Source: Octopus vulgaris
Lineage: Eukaryota
Reading direction: 5' to 3'
Assembly (NCBI GenBank): GCA_951406725.2
Contig: OX597837.1
Location: 32,860,001 to 32,924,000, forward strand
Length of the DNA: 64,000 nt
The notes below the pieces were generated by a model. The model did not search any database and was not told the DNA's origin. It saw only the letters and a list, made by a program, of their open reading frames with translations. Each line of letters opens with the position of its first letter. Within the stretch, counting starts at the first letter, position 1. Of the stretch, positions 1 to 11,870 are shown one piece after another. Both the position numbers and the translations under genes were made by a program.

Positions 1-68
<68 letters not shown>

Positions 69-71
69 TAA

Positions 72-110
<39 letters not shown>

Positions 111-122
111 TAAATAAAATAA

Positions 123-162
<40 letters not shown>
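1..162. repeat. (TA)n microsatellite with AATA interruptions
   Basis: Directly visible dinucleotide run. Confidence 0.97.
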
Positions 163-165
<3 letters not shown>

Positions 166-331
166 ATAAATAAAATAAAACATATGCATATATATAAACA
201 TATATGTACGTACCTACCTCTACATGTACATATACACGCATATATGAGTACAGGACACCAAAAAGACGTCGAACACAATGAGAAACGAAAACATAGACAC
301 AAACCAAAGGAACTGGACATTTTTTTAAACA

Positions 332-399
<68 letters not shown>

Positions 400-601
400 C
401 ATGCAAGCATGTATGTATGTATATATGCATGCAAGTATATATGTATGTATATATGCATGCAAGCATGTATGTATGTATGTATAATTGGGTTTAAAAACAG
501 CACAACTCCAACATGTTCAACATGGAAATATAAAAGTACCTTAATACATGAGCACACACACACACACACGCTCACACACACACGCGCACACGTACAAACA
601 C

Positions 602-643
<42 letters not shown>

Positions 644-1031
644 GCGCGCGCACACCAACCATAGGGTATTTTCTCGTATTTTTCTCCTCCAGGGTTCTGA
701 ACAGATTAAGAATTATTTACTTTAGAAGCTGTGAAGAGGGCAGTCTTCCAGTTGACTGCTGCCAAGTATGCACTATTCTACCAAAATATTAAAACGGTTC
801 ATTCCACTCTCCTTTCCCTCCCCCCCCCCCCACTACACATAGCCAACCCCACCCCATGGGACTATATCTCGCCGGAGGTGGAACAGACATTCTCTCCCAT
901 CTTAGCAGGATTTCTCGAAACTTCACAGTTCAATGAAGATTTAACCGTTTTGAGGAATAGTGCTAAGGGGACCACGACTGTCAAATCAAAATATTAATTT
1001 CGGTTCTTTTTCGTTGTGCGTGTGTGTGTGT

Positions 1032-1082
<51 letters not shown>

Positions 1083-1113
1083 TGTGTGTGTGTGTGTGTG
1101 TGTGTGCATATAT

Positions 1114-1333
1114 CTCTTTTACTCTTTTACTTGTTTCAGTCATTTGACTGCGGCCATTGCTGGAGCACCGCCTTTAGTCGAGCAGATCTACCCCGGGACT
1201 TATTCTTTGTAAGCCCAGTACTTATTCTATCGATCTCTTTTGCCGAACCGCTAAGTGACGGGAACGTAAACACTCCAGCATCGGTTGTCAAGCAATTCTA
1301 GGGGGACAAACACAGACACACAAACATATACAT

Positions 1334-1373
<40 letters not shown>

Positions 1374-1540
1374 GACAGACAGGCTTCTTTCAGTTTCCGT
1401 CTACCAAATCCACTCACAAGGCATTGGTCGGCCCGGGGCTATAGCAGAAGACCCTTGCCCAAGATGCCACGCAGCGGGAATGAACCCGCAACCATGTGGT
1501 TGGTAAGCAAGCTACTTACCACACAGCCACTCCTGCGCCT
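1114..1540 (-). mobile_element. SINE family B (tRNA-like head, CORE-like segment, internal TA/TG microsatellite, (GTAAAAGA)n tail)
   Basis: On the minus strand: head AGGCGCAGGAGTGGCTGTGTGGTAAG with A-box-like TGGCTGTGTGG, CTTGGGCAAG segment, tail AAACAAGTAAAAGAGTAAAAGAG. More than 15 near-identical copies in the window. Confidence 0.92.
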
Positions 1541-1717
1541 ATATACATATATACGACGGGCTTCTTTCAGTTTCCGTCTACCAAATCCACTCACAAGGCA
1601 TTGGTCGGCCCGAGGCTATAGCAGAAGACACTTGCCCAAGATGCCACGCAGTGGGACTGAACCCAGAGCCATGTGGTTGGTAGGCAAGCTACTTACCACA
1701 CAGCCACTCCTGCGCCT
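1541..1717 (-). mobile_element. SINE-B 5' half, in tandem with the previous copy
   Basis: Repeats the head-to-microsatellite portion only. Confidence 0.88.
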
Positions 1718-1922
1718 ATTTTTAATTTTTCGCGCGTACGCACGCACACACACAGTGTCAATGAGTGTCTTCCTGTTGCTGTTCTTCTTTATCTCCGGGT
1801 TGACTCCTATCGAATAACTTTATAAGCAAAGACATTCCTAGTCCATGACCATGTGTACTTCCTTTTAAGACAGTAGGAATGGGATTTCAGATGAGTCATC
1901 AAGTATACCTATATAGTCAAAG

Positions 1923-2298
1923 GTGGAGGCGCAATGGCCCAGTAGTTAGGGCAGCGGACTCGCGGTTTCGATTCCCAGACCGGGCATTGTGAGTGTTTAT
2001 TGAGCGAAAACACCTAAAGCTCCATGAGGCTCCGGCAGGGGATGGTGGTGATCCCTGCTGTACTCTTTCACCACAACTTTCTCTCTCACTCTTACTTCCT
2101 GTTTCTGTTGTACCTGTATTTCAAAGGGGCCGGCCTTGTCACTCTCTGTGTCACGCTGAATAACCCCGAGAACTACGTTAAGGGTACACGTGTCTGTGGA
2201 GTGCTCAGCCACTTACACGTTAATTTCACGAGCAGGCTGTTCCGTTGATCAGATCAACCGGAACCCTCATCGTCGTAACCGACGGAGTGCTTCCATCC
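1923..2298 (+). mobile_element. SINE family A (tRNA-derived head, (TCCA)n end)
   Basis: A-box-like TGGCCCAGTAG, B-box GGTTTCGATTCC; 12-bp TSD ATATAGTCAAAG at 1911-1922 and 2299-2310. Confidence 0.93.
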
Positions 2299-2507
2299 AT
2301 ATAGTCAAAGACGTCCCAGCAATGACCATCCCGTTTATTTTCAACCACTGTATATCTAAGACTATAGTATCCGAAGTGTCTTTCCCTTCAAGGTGGATTG
2401 TAATGAGATGGGCGTCATTTGGCCTTTATTTCTAGCTGTTCGTGTGACCACGTAGAGATCTCCCGTTGTCTCCTTTTATATAGACATGGATAGAGATGTT
2501 ATACAGT

Positions 2508-2895
2508 GGATGGAAGCACTCCGTCGGTTACGACGACGAGGGTTCCGGTTGATCCGATCAACGGAACAGCCTGCTCGTGAAATTAACGTGTAAGTGGCTG
2601 AGTACTCCACAGACACGTGTACCTTAACGTAGTTCTCGGGGATATTCAGCGTGACACAGAGAGTGACAAGGCCGGCCCTTTGAAATACAGGTACAAGAGA
2701 AACAGGAAGTAAGAGTGAGAGAAAGTTGTGGTGAAAGAGTACAGCAGGGATCACCACCATCCCCTGCCGGAGCCTTGTGGAGCTTTTTAGGTGTTTTCGC
2801 TCAATAAACTCTCACAACGCCCGGTCTGGGAATCGAAACCGCGATCCTACGACCGCGAGTTCGCTGCCCTAACCACTGGGTCATTGCGCCTCCAC
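2508..2895 (-). mobile_element. SINE-A full length, part of composite 2508-3166
   Basis: Reverse complement of family A, head ending CCTCCAC at 2895. Confidence 0.93.
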
Positions 2896-3050
2896 GAACT
2901 TAATTAAACACGGCGGCAGCCACCTTATATAAGTGACAATCGGACGTAGTAGAGGGAGTCGGTTTATTCGGCCAATCACAGACCGAACAGAGCCGTAAAC
3001 TTTACAGTGTCGTCTGAGCCTACCTTGTGATTAAAAATGTGTTTAAAAAT

Positions 3051-3166
3051 GAGCTTTAGGTGTTTTCGCTCAATAAACACTCACAACGCCCGGTCTGGGA
3101 ATCGAAAACCGCGATCCTACGACCGCGAGTCCGCTGCCCTAACCATTGGGGCAATTGCGCCTCCAC
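3051..3166 (-). mobile_element. SINE-A head only (about 115 bp), followed by T5 on the minus strand
   Basis: Matches the family A 5' end; the 11-bp direct repeat TGTTATACAGT at 2497-2507 and 3167-3177 flanks the whole 2508-3166 unit. Confidence 0.88.
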
Positions 3167-3882
3167 TGTTATACAGTACACTAGTTACCGATATGTCTCT
3201 TAAGTTTCAGTAACTGTAACACTTCCACTGAAGGTGCAGTGTTTTATTTATTACTAACTGACACACTAACACGGGCAACCGACATCGTTCAGACGAACGT
3301 GCAGCTCTCTGTCCATTTGTATGTCAGGCCTAATTTTATGATTTCATAAACCTATTTAGTTTTTGCTGAAATTTTGTAACATAATCTTTTAGGTGTGACT
3401 CTAAATTTCAACAATTTTGTTTCTTTCACTCCTTCAGAGTTGCGCTTTCTCGGTCAAACGTTCGTGGTTTACTCAGTGAAATATAGGGCTTACTCTGTGC
3501 TTTGTATAATGTTTGGTCAATTATGTTGGTGTGGCCAAATTTTCGAGGATCAGTATCTCATAAGACCTCCACTCACCGTTCTTGGAAAAAGGTTGTCCAT
3601 GTATGTATGTATGTATGTATGTATGTATGTATATATATTGATATATATATGTATATATGCATGTATATATATGCGTGTGTGTGATTTGATCGTGATGAGA
3701 GGCATTCGTAAACCAAGAATCCATTGTATATACCTCTTCAACGAACTTCCGTCTCTTTCGTCTTCTATCTATACTTGGAGATTCCAGAACCACCCGTGAT
3801 GATCTCTTAGAATGCAATGAACAAGTGAAGGTCCACGTCCTGTGAACAGTAGACAAATAACAATATATATATTGTTTGTGAT

Positions 3883-4098
3883 GGCGGCGAGCTGGCTGAA
3901 TCATTAGCAAGCCGGGCGAAATGCTTAGCAGTGTTTCGTCTGTCTTTACGTTCTGAGTTCAAATTCTGCCGAGGTCGACTTTACCTTTTCATCCTTTCGG
4001 GGTCGATAAATTAACTACCAGTTGCGTACTGGGATCGATCTAATCGACTGGCACCCCCCCCTAAAATTTCGGGCCTTGTGCCAAGAGTAGAAAAGAAT
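3883..4098 (+). mobile_element. SINE family C, variant-tail subfamily
   Basis: Head GGCGGCGAGCTGG, B-box-like GAGTTCAAATTC, body CCTTTTCATCCTTTCGGGGTCGATAAA; tail differs from the GAAATA-ending copies. Confidence 0.85.
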
Positions 4099-4116
4099 AT
4101 ATATTGTTTATCCGAT

Positions 4117-4536
4117 AGGCGCAGGAGTGGCTGTGTGGTAAGTAGCTTGCTAACCAACCACATTGTTCCGGGTTCAGTCCCACTGCGTGGCATCTTGGGC
4201 AAGTGTCTTCTGCTATAGCCCCGGGCTGACCAATGCCTTGTGAGTGGATTTGGTAGACGGAAACTGAAAGAAGCCTGTCGTATATATGTATATATATATA
4301 TGTGTATGTGTGTGTATTTGTGTGTCTGTGTTTGTCCCCCCCTAGCATTGCTTGACAACCGATGCTGGTGTGTTTATGTCCCCGTTACTTAGCGGTTCGG
4401 CAAAAAGAGACCGATAAAATAAGTACTGGGCTTACAAAAGAATAAGTCCTGGGGTCGATTTGCCCGATTAAAGGCGGTGCTCCAGCATGGCCGCAGTCAA
4501 ATGACTGAAACAAGTAAAAGAGTAAAAGAGTAAGAG
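4117..4536 (+). mobile_element. SINE-B full length
   Basis: TSD TATCCGAT at 4109-4116 and 4537-4544. Confidence 0.92.
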
Positions 4537-5042
4537 TATCCGATCCGAAACTTTATTTTATTTTATTTTATTCCTCGTGGGGTGCAGTTTGAAAAGTGAC
4601 CTCATTTCCTTGCCGATCCACTTTTGGAAATCTTCGTGTAGATCTTATAAGTGGCCTATTAGACATTTCCTAGTCTCGTGAAAGTCTATTTCCTCCTCGC
4701 AGGATATGGGCTCTCCTCTCCTTCGTTAGAGCTTCTTTCATTTCCTCATTAGAGTTTCTCCTCTTCACTAGACGCGAGAGACTGTCTTGAGGCAGTTTTA
4801 TTGCTTTTTAAGACATTTTGTTTTTCGTTTTTCGAAAATGTTCTACCAAACACCTTCGGCGGCTGCCGTCTGTTCTCCATTTCCACAAATAGATGGAGAG
4901 ACGCTGTTATGAGCAGGTACTTCCTGATCACTTAGTACTCGTTGCTGTTGTTGCTGCTGTGACTGACTCTTCTTGCGTTCGCCAGTTGTTTTTGAGAAAT
5001 GGTGGCCTCCCCTCACGAAAACGACAGATGACGGTTCCTTTA

Positions 5043-5382
5043 TCTTTTCACCTTTTACATGTTTCAGTCATTGGACTGCGGCCATGCGAAGGCATCGCCT
5101 TGAAGAAATTTTTAGTACTTACTTTTTGAAAGCTAAGTGCTTATTCTATCGAGCTTTTTTTTTTGCTGAACTGCTAAGTTACAGGGATATAAACAACCAA
5201 CCCTGGTTGTCAAGCGGTGGAGGAGGACAACCAAAGACACAAAGACACACACGCACATATACGATGGGCTTCTTTCAGTTTCCGTATAACAAATCCATTC
5301 ACAAGGTTTTGGTCGACCTGGGGCTATAGTAGAAGACACTTGTCCAAGGTGCCACATAGTGGAACTGAACCTGGAACCATGT
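5043..5382 (-). mobile_element. SINE-B, diverged and truncated
   Basis: Recognisable tail and body with many substitutions. Confidence 0.8.
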
Positions 5383-5559
5383 ATTTGGAAATACTTACAG
5401 TGATGAAATGTTTGTGCGGCACATAAGCTCATTGTATCCATCAAATCGATATTCACTCTACAGGTGCACAGTGTGCCATGTGACAGATGCCAAAGAGATC
5501 TCAGACCAAACTGAGGATATGAGGCTTGGTCCATCTTACTAGTCTATACACAGAAGATG

Positions 5560-6112
5560 AAGGCGCGTGGTTTAGTGCTTAGGGTAGTCGACTTACGATC
5601 GTAAGGTCATGAGTTCGATTCCATGCGGCACGTTGGGTCCTTGAACAAGACACTTTATTTCACATTGCTCGAGTCCACTCGCCTGGCAAAAATGAGTACT
5701 AAGGGTATTTCAAGGCGGCGAGCTGGCAGAATCGTTAGCACGCCGGGCGAAATGCTTTGCGGTATTTCGTCTGCCGTTACGTTGTGAGTTCAAATTCCGC
5801 CGAGGTCGACTTTGCCTTTCATCCTTTCGGGGTCGATAAATTAAGCACCAGTTACGAACTGGGGTCGATGTAATCGACTTAATACTTATGTCTGTCCTTG
5901 TTTGTTCCCTCTGTGTTTAGCCCCTTGTGGGTAATAAAGAAATAGGTATTTCAAAGGGCCACCCTTCTAACACTGAATCTCTTTGAGAAGTACGTTAAGG
6001 GTTACGCATGTCTGTGGAGTGCTCAGACACTTGCACGTTAATTTCACGAGCAGGCCGTTTCGTCGATCGATCGGATCAACTGGAACCCTCGTCGTCGTAA
6101 CCGACGGAATGC
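5560..6112 (+). mobile_element. Older A-related CORE-like SINE interrupted by SINE-C
   Basis: tRNA-like head, CORE-like TCCTTGAACAAGACACTTTATTTCAC, and family-A 3' half resuming after 5945. Confidence 0.8.
5714..5944 (+). mobile_element. SINE-C monomer
   Basis: TSD GGTATTTCAA at 5704-5713 and 5945-5954. Confidence 0.92.
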
Positions 6113-7091
6113 TAGCCATACCCAGAATAAGTACGGCGTCATTTCCAGCAGACCTTTTAAGGTTTTGATTGCGGGAGTTTTCCTCTTTCGCAGATGGACG
6201 CTCAGTAGCACCTGTTATGTAATCATCACAACAAACATGAACAATCAACGTTGCCCATTGTCTCCCTTGATACAAGGACATTCAGTAAGTTTCCCGCCAC
6301 AACAAATACCTTGTACAACAACGGGCAGTCTAATAAAGTATCTCGTATCGTTAACACGTTTTTTCAGTCTCTCTCATTTTCTTAATCTTTCATACTAAGT
6401 ACTCACTACTTCCTTTAATACTCAATACATTATATATATATATATAACAACAACAGCACCCACGATTTTACACACACACACACACACAATTTCCTATGGA
6501 ATCCGCACAGTTTCTGCCCTCCAAATGTCCAGATTTCGCCCCAAAGGCATTAGTGTGTAACGACAGTGAACATCTTCTCTGCACTTTTTGGGTGCAGTTG
6601 GTGCAATCACTTTCCGTTGCTTTAATATCCAGATTCTACCAGTCAGAAACAACAAGACGCAGACGTAAAAAATATATATCTACTTTATTCTCTTATGACA
6701 GTAACAAATAAGTGGTGTATCTGGTATCCCTTTGGTATGTATGTGTCAGAGCTGAACTTTATCGCTGTAGAATTTACAGTGTTCAAATGCAAACGACACT
6801 GGTCAAGATGGCGTCCGAATAGGAGAGAAAATGATGTGGTCGGCAACAAATGTCAGGGGGAAACGAAGATAATACGCGTCTTCTTCTATGAAAGGCTGAC
6901 TGCTGCTATCAAATCCGGACAGAGAGAGAATATTACACGTCTGATGCCTTCGGTCGCCGTGTCTCAAGTCACTGCCTACTGGACGCTGGTCATCAACGTC
7001 CTACGCTCCCCTTGCCTCACGGCTAAACTGCCACGTAGGCAAATGGTCCCTCTTCCGGTGGTGAAAGCACCAACCCCGCACGCGCGAAACA

Positions 7092-7202
7092 GAAATGGAC
7101 GGTGCGCGAGCGCGGACCGTTATATAGGATCACTACAAGTGAATCCAGGACAACGAATGACTCTAATTGAACGCGCTTGCCCAACGTATCGCCCCGCATT
7201 GG
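7092..7202 (-). promoter_or_regulatory. Candidate Pol II core promoter (CCAAT, TATA, Inr), TSS about 7096
   Basis: Minus strand: CCAAT at 7202-7198, TATATAA starting at 7126 (-30), Inr-type CCATTTC with the A at 7096. Lies in locally CpG-rich unique sequence; YY1-like CAAGATGGCG at 6804-6813. Confidence 0.55.
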
Positions 7203-7528
7203 CTCTGAACACTTAACTGCATGAGTTCAAAGCAAACATCTTGATTACCCATCCACGCTTGTTTATTAAATACAAAAGCAGACGCCTCCACCTTTACAAG
7301 AAGAAGAAGAAAAAAAACCAGGCCATGTTCATTATACACTCGACCTATAAAACACAGGTTTAAACAACAAAACTATGTCTTTTCTACTGTTGGGGGGGGA
7401 TATAAGAAAAAAATAATAACTAGGGCACATCTTTATTATATTCTTGGTCTATAAACGGTGTTTCTTAAGCCCCTTTTTTTCTATTTTCTACCCCTTTACC
7501 ACTTCACCGCCTGATTCCTTCTTTCTGC

Positions 7529-7529
<1 letters not shown>

Positions 7530-7576
<47 letters not shown>

Positions 7577-7824
7577 TGCTTTCTCTCTCTCTCTCTTGCT
7601 TTCTCTCTCTCTCTCTCGCGCTTTCTCTCTCTCTCTCTCGCTTTCTCTCTCTCTCTCTTTCTTTCTCTCTCTATCTTTCTCTCTCTCTCACGCTTTCTCT
7701 CTTTCTCTCTCTCTCGCTTTCTCTCTCTCTCTTGCTTTCCCTCTCTCTCTCTCTTGCTTTCCCTCTCTCTCTCTCTCTCTTGCTTTCCCTCTCTCTCTCT
7801 TTCTTGCTTTCTCTCTCTCTCTCG

Positions 7825-7882
<58 letters not shown>

Positions 7883-7893
7883 GCACACACACA
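7530..7893. repeat. CT-rich compound microsatellite
   Basis: (CTGT)n, then (CT)n with periodic TGCTTT/CGCTTT interruptions. Confidence 0.95.
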
Positions 7894-8245
7894 TGGCGAT
7901 CTTAGAGTTTACAATATCACTTTCGCTTTCGTGAGAGAGAGAAACTATTTTACTCATAAGGTTGTAAACGTTTGCAGTTTCATTGCTACAAAAAAAAAAA
8001 AAAAAAAAAATTTCTGTTCCATCTTGAGAGAAAAGAAGAAGAAAAAAAAACCAGAAAAAGAAAAAAAAAAACCCGTAAAACATAACAACTGAAAATGTAA
8101 TACAACGAAAATAAATGAAAAACAGAAACAGTTACAAAATACAACCACAAAATTTGAAATAATTCACATTGTTTTACTTAACGATGGAATTTCGTAAAAT
8201 AGACAACAACAAACAAACAAACAAAGTTGTTTGACTCTCTCTCTA

Positions 8246-8669
8246 TTTTACTCTTTTACTCTTTTACTTGTTTCAGTCATTTGACTGCGGCCATGCTGGA
8301 GCACCGCCTTTAGTCGAGCAACTCGACCCCGGGACTTATTCTTTGTAAGCCCAGTACTTATTCTATCGGTCTCTTTTTGCCGAACCGCTAAGTAACGGGG
8401 ACGTAAACACACCAGCATCGGTTGTCAAGCAATGCTAAGGGGACAAACACAGACACACAAACATACACACACATACACACATAAATATATATATACATAT
8501 ATATACGAAAGGCTTCTTTCAGTTTCCGTCTACCAAATCCATTCACGAGGCATTGGTCGGCCCGAGGCTATAGCAGAAGACACTTGCCCAAGATGCCACG
8601 CAGTGGGACTGAACCCGGAACCATGTGACTGGTTAGCAAGCTACTTACCACACAGCCACTCCTGCGCCT
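8246..8669 (-). mobile_element. SINE-B full length
   Basis: Near-identical to other B copies. Confidence 0.92.
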
Positions 8670-9094
8670 ATAACTGAAGCGAAAACGAAATATAAAGAAA
8701 AACATTCAGGCCATGAAAAAAGAGAAAAGAAAAGGCATTTCACGCAAAATGAAGTTGATGTTCAAAATTCAATGATCACACCTTTTCTATTGTATAAAAT
8801 CCCCGTAACTAGGCCGTTTAATGTTAATTATGAAACATTCTTATAAATCAACAGAGCGAATAATGATAGAAAAGTTTTTGGCATTTTTTCAAATTTCTCT
8901 CTGGAATCCCCCAAATTTTTTTTCTTAGAATTATGAAATTTTTTTTCCTCTCATTAAGAATGACTGACGTATCCTATCCTGCTTCTGTTGTTGCTGTTGT
9001 TTGTTTTTCCTCTTTTTTTTTTTATCTTTTTGCCTTTTGTTTTCTTCTAGCTCCATCCCAACTTCTTTTTTCATTGCTGCGGTATGGGCTTTGT

Positions 9095-9478
9095 GGGAGG
9101 CGCAATGGCCCAGTGGTTAGGGCAGCGGACTCGCGGTCGTAGGATCGCGGTTTCGATTCCCAGACCGGGCGTTGTGAGTGTTTATTGAGCGAAAACACCT
9201 AAAAGCTCCACGAGGCTCCGGCAGGGGATGGTGGTGATCCCTGCTGTACTCTTTCACCACAACTTTCTCTCACTCTTACTTCCTGTTTCTGTTGTACCTG
9301 TATTTCAAAGGGCCGGCCTTGTCACTCTCTGTGTCACGCTGAATATCCCCGAGAACTACGTTAAGGGTACACGTGTCTGTGGAGTGCTCAGCCACTTACA
9401 CGTTAATTTCACGAGCAGGATGTTCCGTTGATTCGGATCAACCGGAACCGTCGTCGTCGCAACCGACGGAGTGCTTCC
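9095..9478 (+). mobile_element. SINE-A full length
   Basis: TSD ATGGGCTTTGT at 9084-9094 and 9479-9489. Confidence 0.93.
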
Positions 9479-9724
9479 ATGGGCTTTGTTATATGAGAGT
9501 CGATTATATTCATAATGGTTTCAAATTTATGCATGAGACCAATAATTTCGGGAGAGGCGGTGGTGGTGGTGGTGGTGGGGATAAGCCGATTACATCGAAC
9601 CCAATATTCAACTGGTACTGATTTTATCGAACCCAATTTGATGAAAAGCAAAGTCGACCTCGGTGGACAAAATACCACTAAGCATTTTGTCCGGCATGCT
9701 AACGGTTCTTCCAGCTCGCCTATC

Positions 9725-10235
9725 AGTCGACAGCTGCATGAAACATCTATCGGCCGCAAACCCGGGTATCGCCGCCGTTCGCAACGCAGAAGAGAGAAAA
9801 ATAGATAAATACCTATTTCTTTACTACCCACAAGGGGCTAAACACAGAGAGGACAAACAAGGACAGACAAAGAGATTAAGTCGATTACATCGACACCAGT
9901 GCGTAACTGGTACTTATTTAATCGACCCCGTAAGGATGAAAGGCAAAGTCAACCTCGGCGGAATTTGAATTCAGAACGTAAAGACAGACCAAATACGTCT
10001 ACGCATTTCGCCCGGTGTGCTAACGTTTCTGCCAGCTCGAAATACCGCTATCAGTTTGTGCCGGTCGCTGACGAGACCCCGAGTGTTCTGACCCGTTACT
10101 GCTGATTTCCTCTGCAAAATCGGGATTATTGCGGCGCTTCTGAGAAATGAGCCACTCAAAGAAGGGTCGCTGCTGCAGTGAGTGTCGCTGGATATTCTCC
10201 GCGGCAACACCTTTGCAATTATGTCCTCGAGACGC
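9725..10235 (+). mobile_element. Decayed non-LTR retrotransposon ORF C-terminus (CRE-like, restriction-like-endonuclease region), split by SINE-C
   Basis: Translates SAANPGIAAVRNAEERKIDKY [SINE] RYQFVPVADET, then after a frameshift TADFLCKIG...LLQ*VSLDILRGNTFAI. This resembles the recalled CRE-clade pattern AE..K..KY...F.P.A.ET.G...L.QR.S..I.RGNA. Confidence 0.7.
9814..10039 (-). mobile_element. SINE-C monomer
   Basis: Flanked by AAATACC (GGTATTT on the element strand) at 9807-9813 and 10040-10046. Confidence 0.9.
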
Positions 10236-10458
10236 GGCTAAACGTGCCATTTGTTCTGGGGTGTGCAACCCGTTACTCTCCCTCTTCCTCATTTTCTTCG
10301 GTTTAAACCCCAACCCTTTTTTATAAATATTCTCCTTATTTTCTTTGGTGGGGTAGTCATGGATTTTTTGCAATCCTTCGACACTGATACATGACATCAT
10401 TCACCTGAACAACCTTCCCTCATGGCATAGATAAAGAGAGTACGCCGAAAAAGAGGGC

Positions 10459-10472
10459 AGATGACGTCATCT
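10459..10472. promoter_or_regulatory. Palindromic CRE/ATF site AGATGACGTCATCT
   Basis: Perfect TGACGTCA core inside a 14-bp palindrome; ATGACATCAT variant at 10391. Function not shown. Confidence 0.35.
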
Positions 10473-10957
10473 CTTCATGCCAACACTCTGTAGACCAATA
10501 TCGAAGGAATGCCGGGGTTTTTTTCTCTCTCGATAATTTAATCTTTTATACTTTTAATGCTTTTCTTTCTTTTCTTCCTTAAAAATTTGTTGCTAATAAA
10601 AACAAGGTCTCTTAATTGCAAAAATGATAAATAAATAAAAATAAATCTATATATTTACACGGTATTCCCGTTGCGCCTGGTTGCATCAAAAATGTACCTC
10701 CTCATGGTGACTATTTTTAGTTATTTGAACTGAGTGTTGCGATTTAGCGAGATAAAACATTCGTTATGTATACGGTATCCCCGCCACCACTTTTTCCTTA
10801 TCATCATATCTACAGCTGAGCACCCAGGAGAGAAGTTGGAAAATACCAATTGTTAGTGGAACTCAATGTCTAGGAAAGCACACATTGTCAGTAAATCTTA
10901 TATTCTCGCACATAGAGGGCGCGCGCGTGTTTGTATTCGTAGGTCTATCAATCTACC

Positions 10958-10959
<2 letters not shown>

Positions 10960-11032
<73 letters not shown>

Positions 11033-11221
11033 GTCTGTCTATCTTTCTATCTTTCAATCTGTCTGTCAGTCTGTCTATCTATCTATCTTTCAATCTGTCA
11101 GTCTGTCTGTCTATCTATCTTTCTATCTTTCAATCTGTCAGTCTGTCTGTCTATCTATCTTTCTATTTTTCAATTTCTCTGTCTGTCAGTCTGTCTATCT
11201 ATCTGTATATCTATCTGTCTG

Positions 11222-11300
<79 letters not shown>

Positions 11301-11410
11301 GATAGACAGACAGACAGATAGCTAGATAGACAGACAGACAGACAAATAAATATCTATCTATCTATTTATTTGTCTGTCTGTCTGCCTATCAGTCTGTCTA
11401 TTTATATATC
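10960..11410. repeat. Compound microsatellite (CT)n/(TA)n/(TCTA)n/(GACA)n
   Basis: Directly visible. Confidence 0.95.
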
Positions 11411-11839
11411 TATCTATCTCTATAAATGTGTATGTATGGCGTATGTAAGTATATCTCTTATGATAAAAGGCAGATTTTCTATGCCTGTTCCCATGTTCCT
11501 TTTTAATACAATTCTACAATATAGAATTTCTTCAATTGGAATTTACCTACGATTTTTACAAATCGAGAAAATCTCAATATAGAAAACACTTTGTAGCGCT
11601 CAAATGATTTGAACTTTCTCTCCAATATCTTTACCGAGGATCAAGTCAACAGGGTGAAGATTGGCTTTAAGGGAAATCCAAGTGAACAGATATGGAGACA
11701 CTGATTCAAATAAACATAAAAACCTCGAGTTTTTATGTACAAAAAATATATACATGTAAAAAGCGGAGGCAGACTTAAAACTTTCAGATGATTCACAATC
11801 AAGTGTGTGTGTGTGTGTGTGTATACATACATACATACA

Positions 11840-11870
<31 letters not shown>

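Noticed and set aside
6780-7120. Structured ncRNA (7SK, telomerase RNA, RNase P/MRP, U3)
   Set aside because: I could not identify diagnostic motifs such as a CCCTAA-type template or conserved boxes; an Infernal/Rfam scan would be needed.
6695-7216. 173-aa plus-strand ORF
   Set aside because: No recognisable domain; it overlaps the GC-richer minus-strand promoter candidate, which can explain the lack of stops. Not fully excluded.
9095-9170. tRNA gene
   Set aside because: A and B boxes are present, but it is a SINE head followed by a SINE body, with a TSD and no complete cloverleaf.
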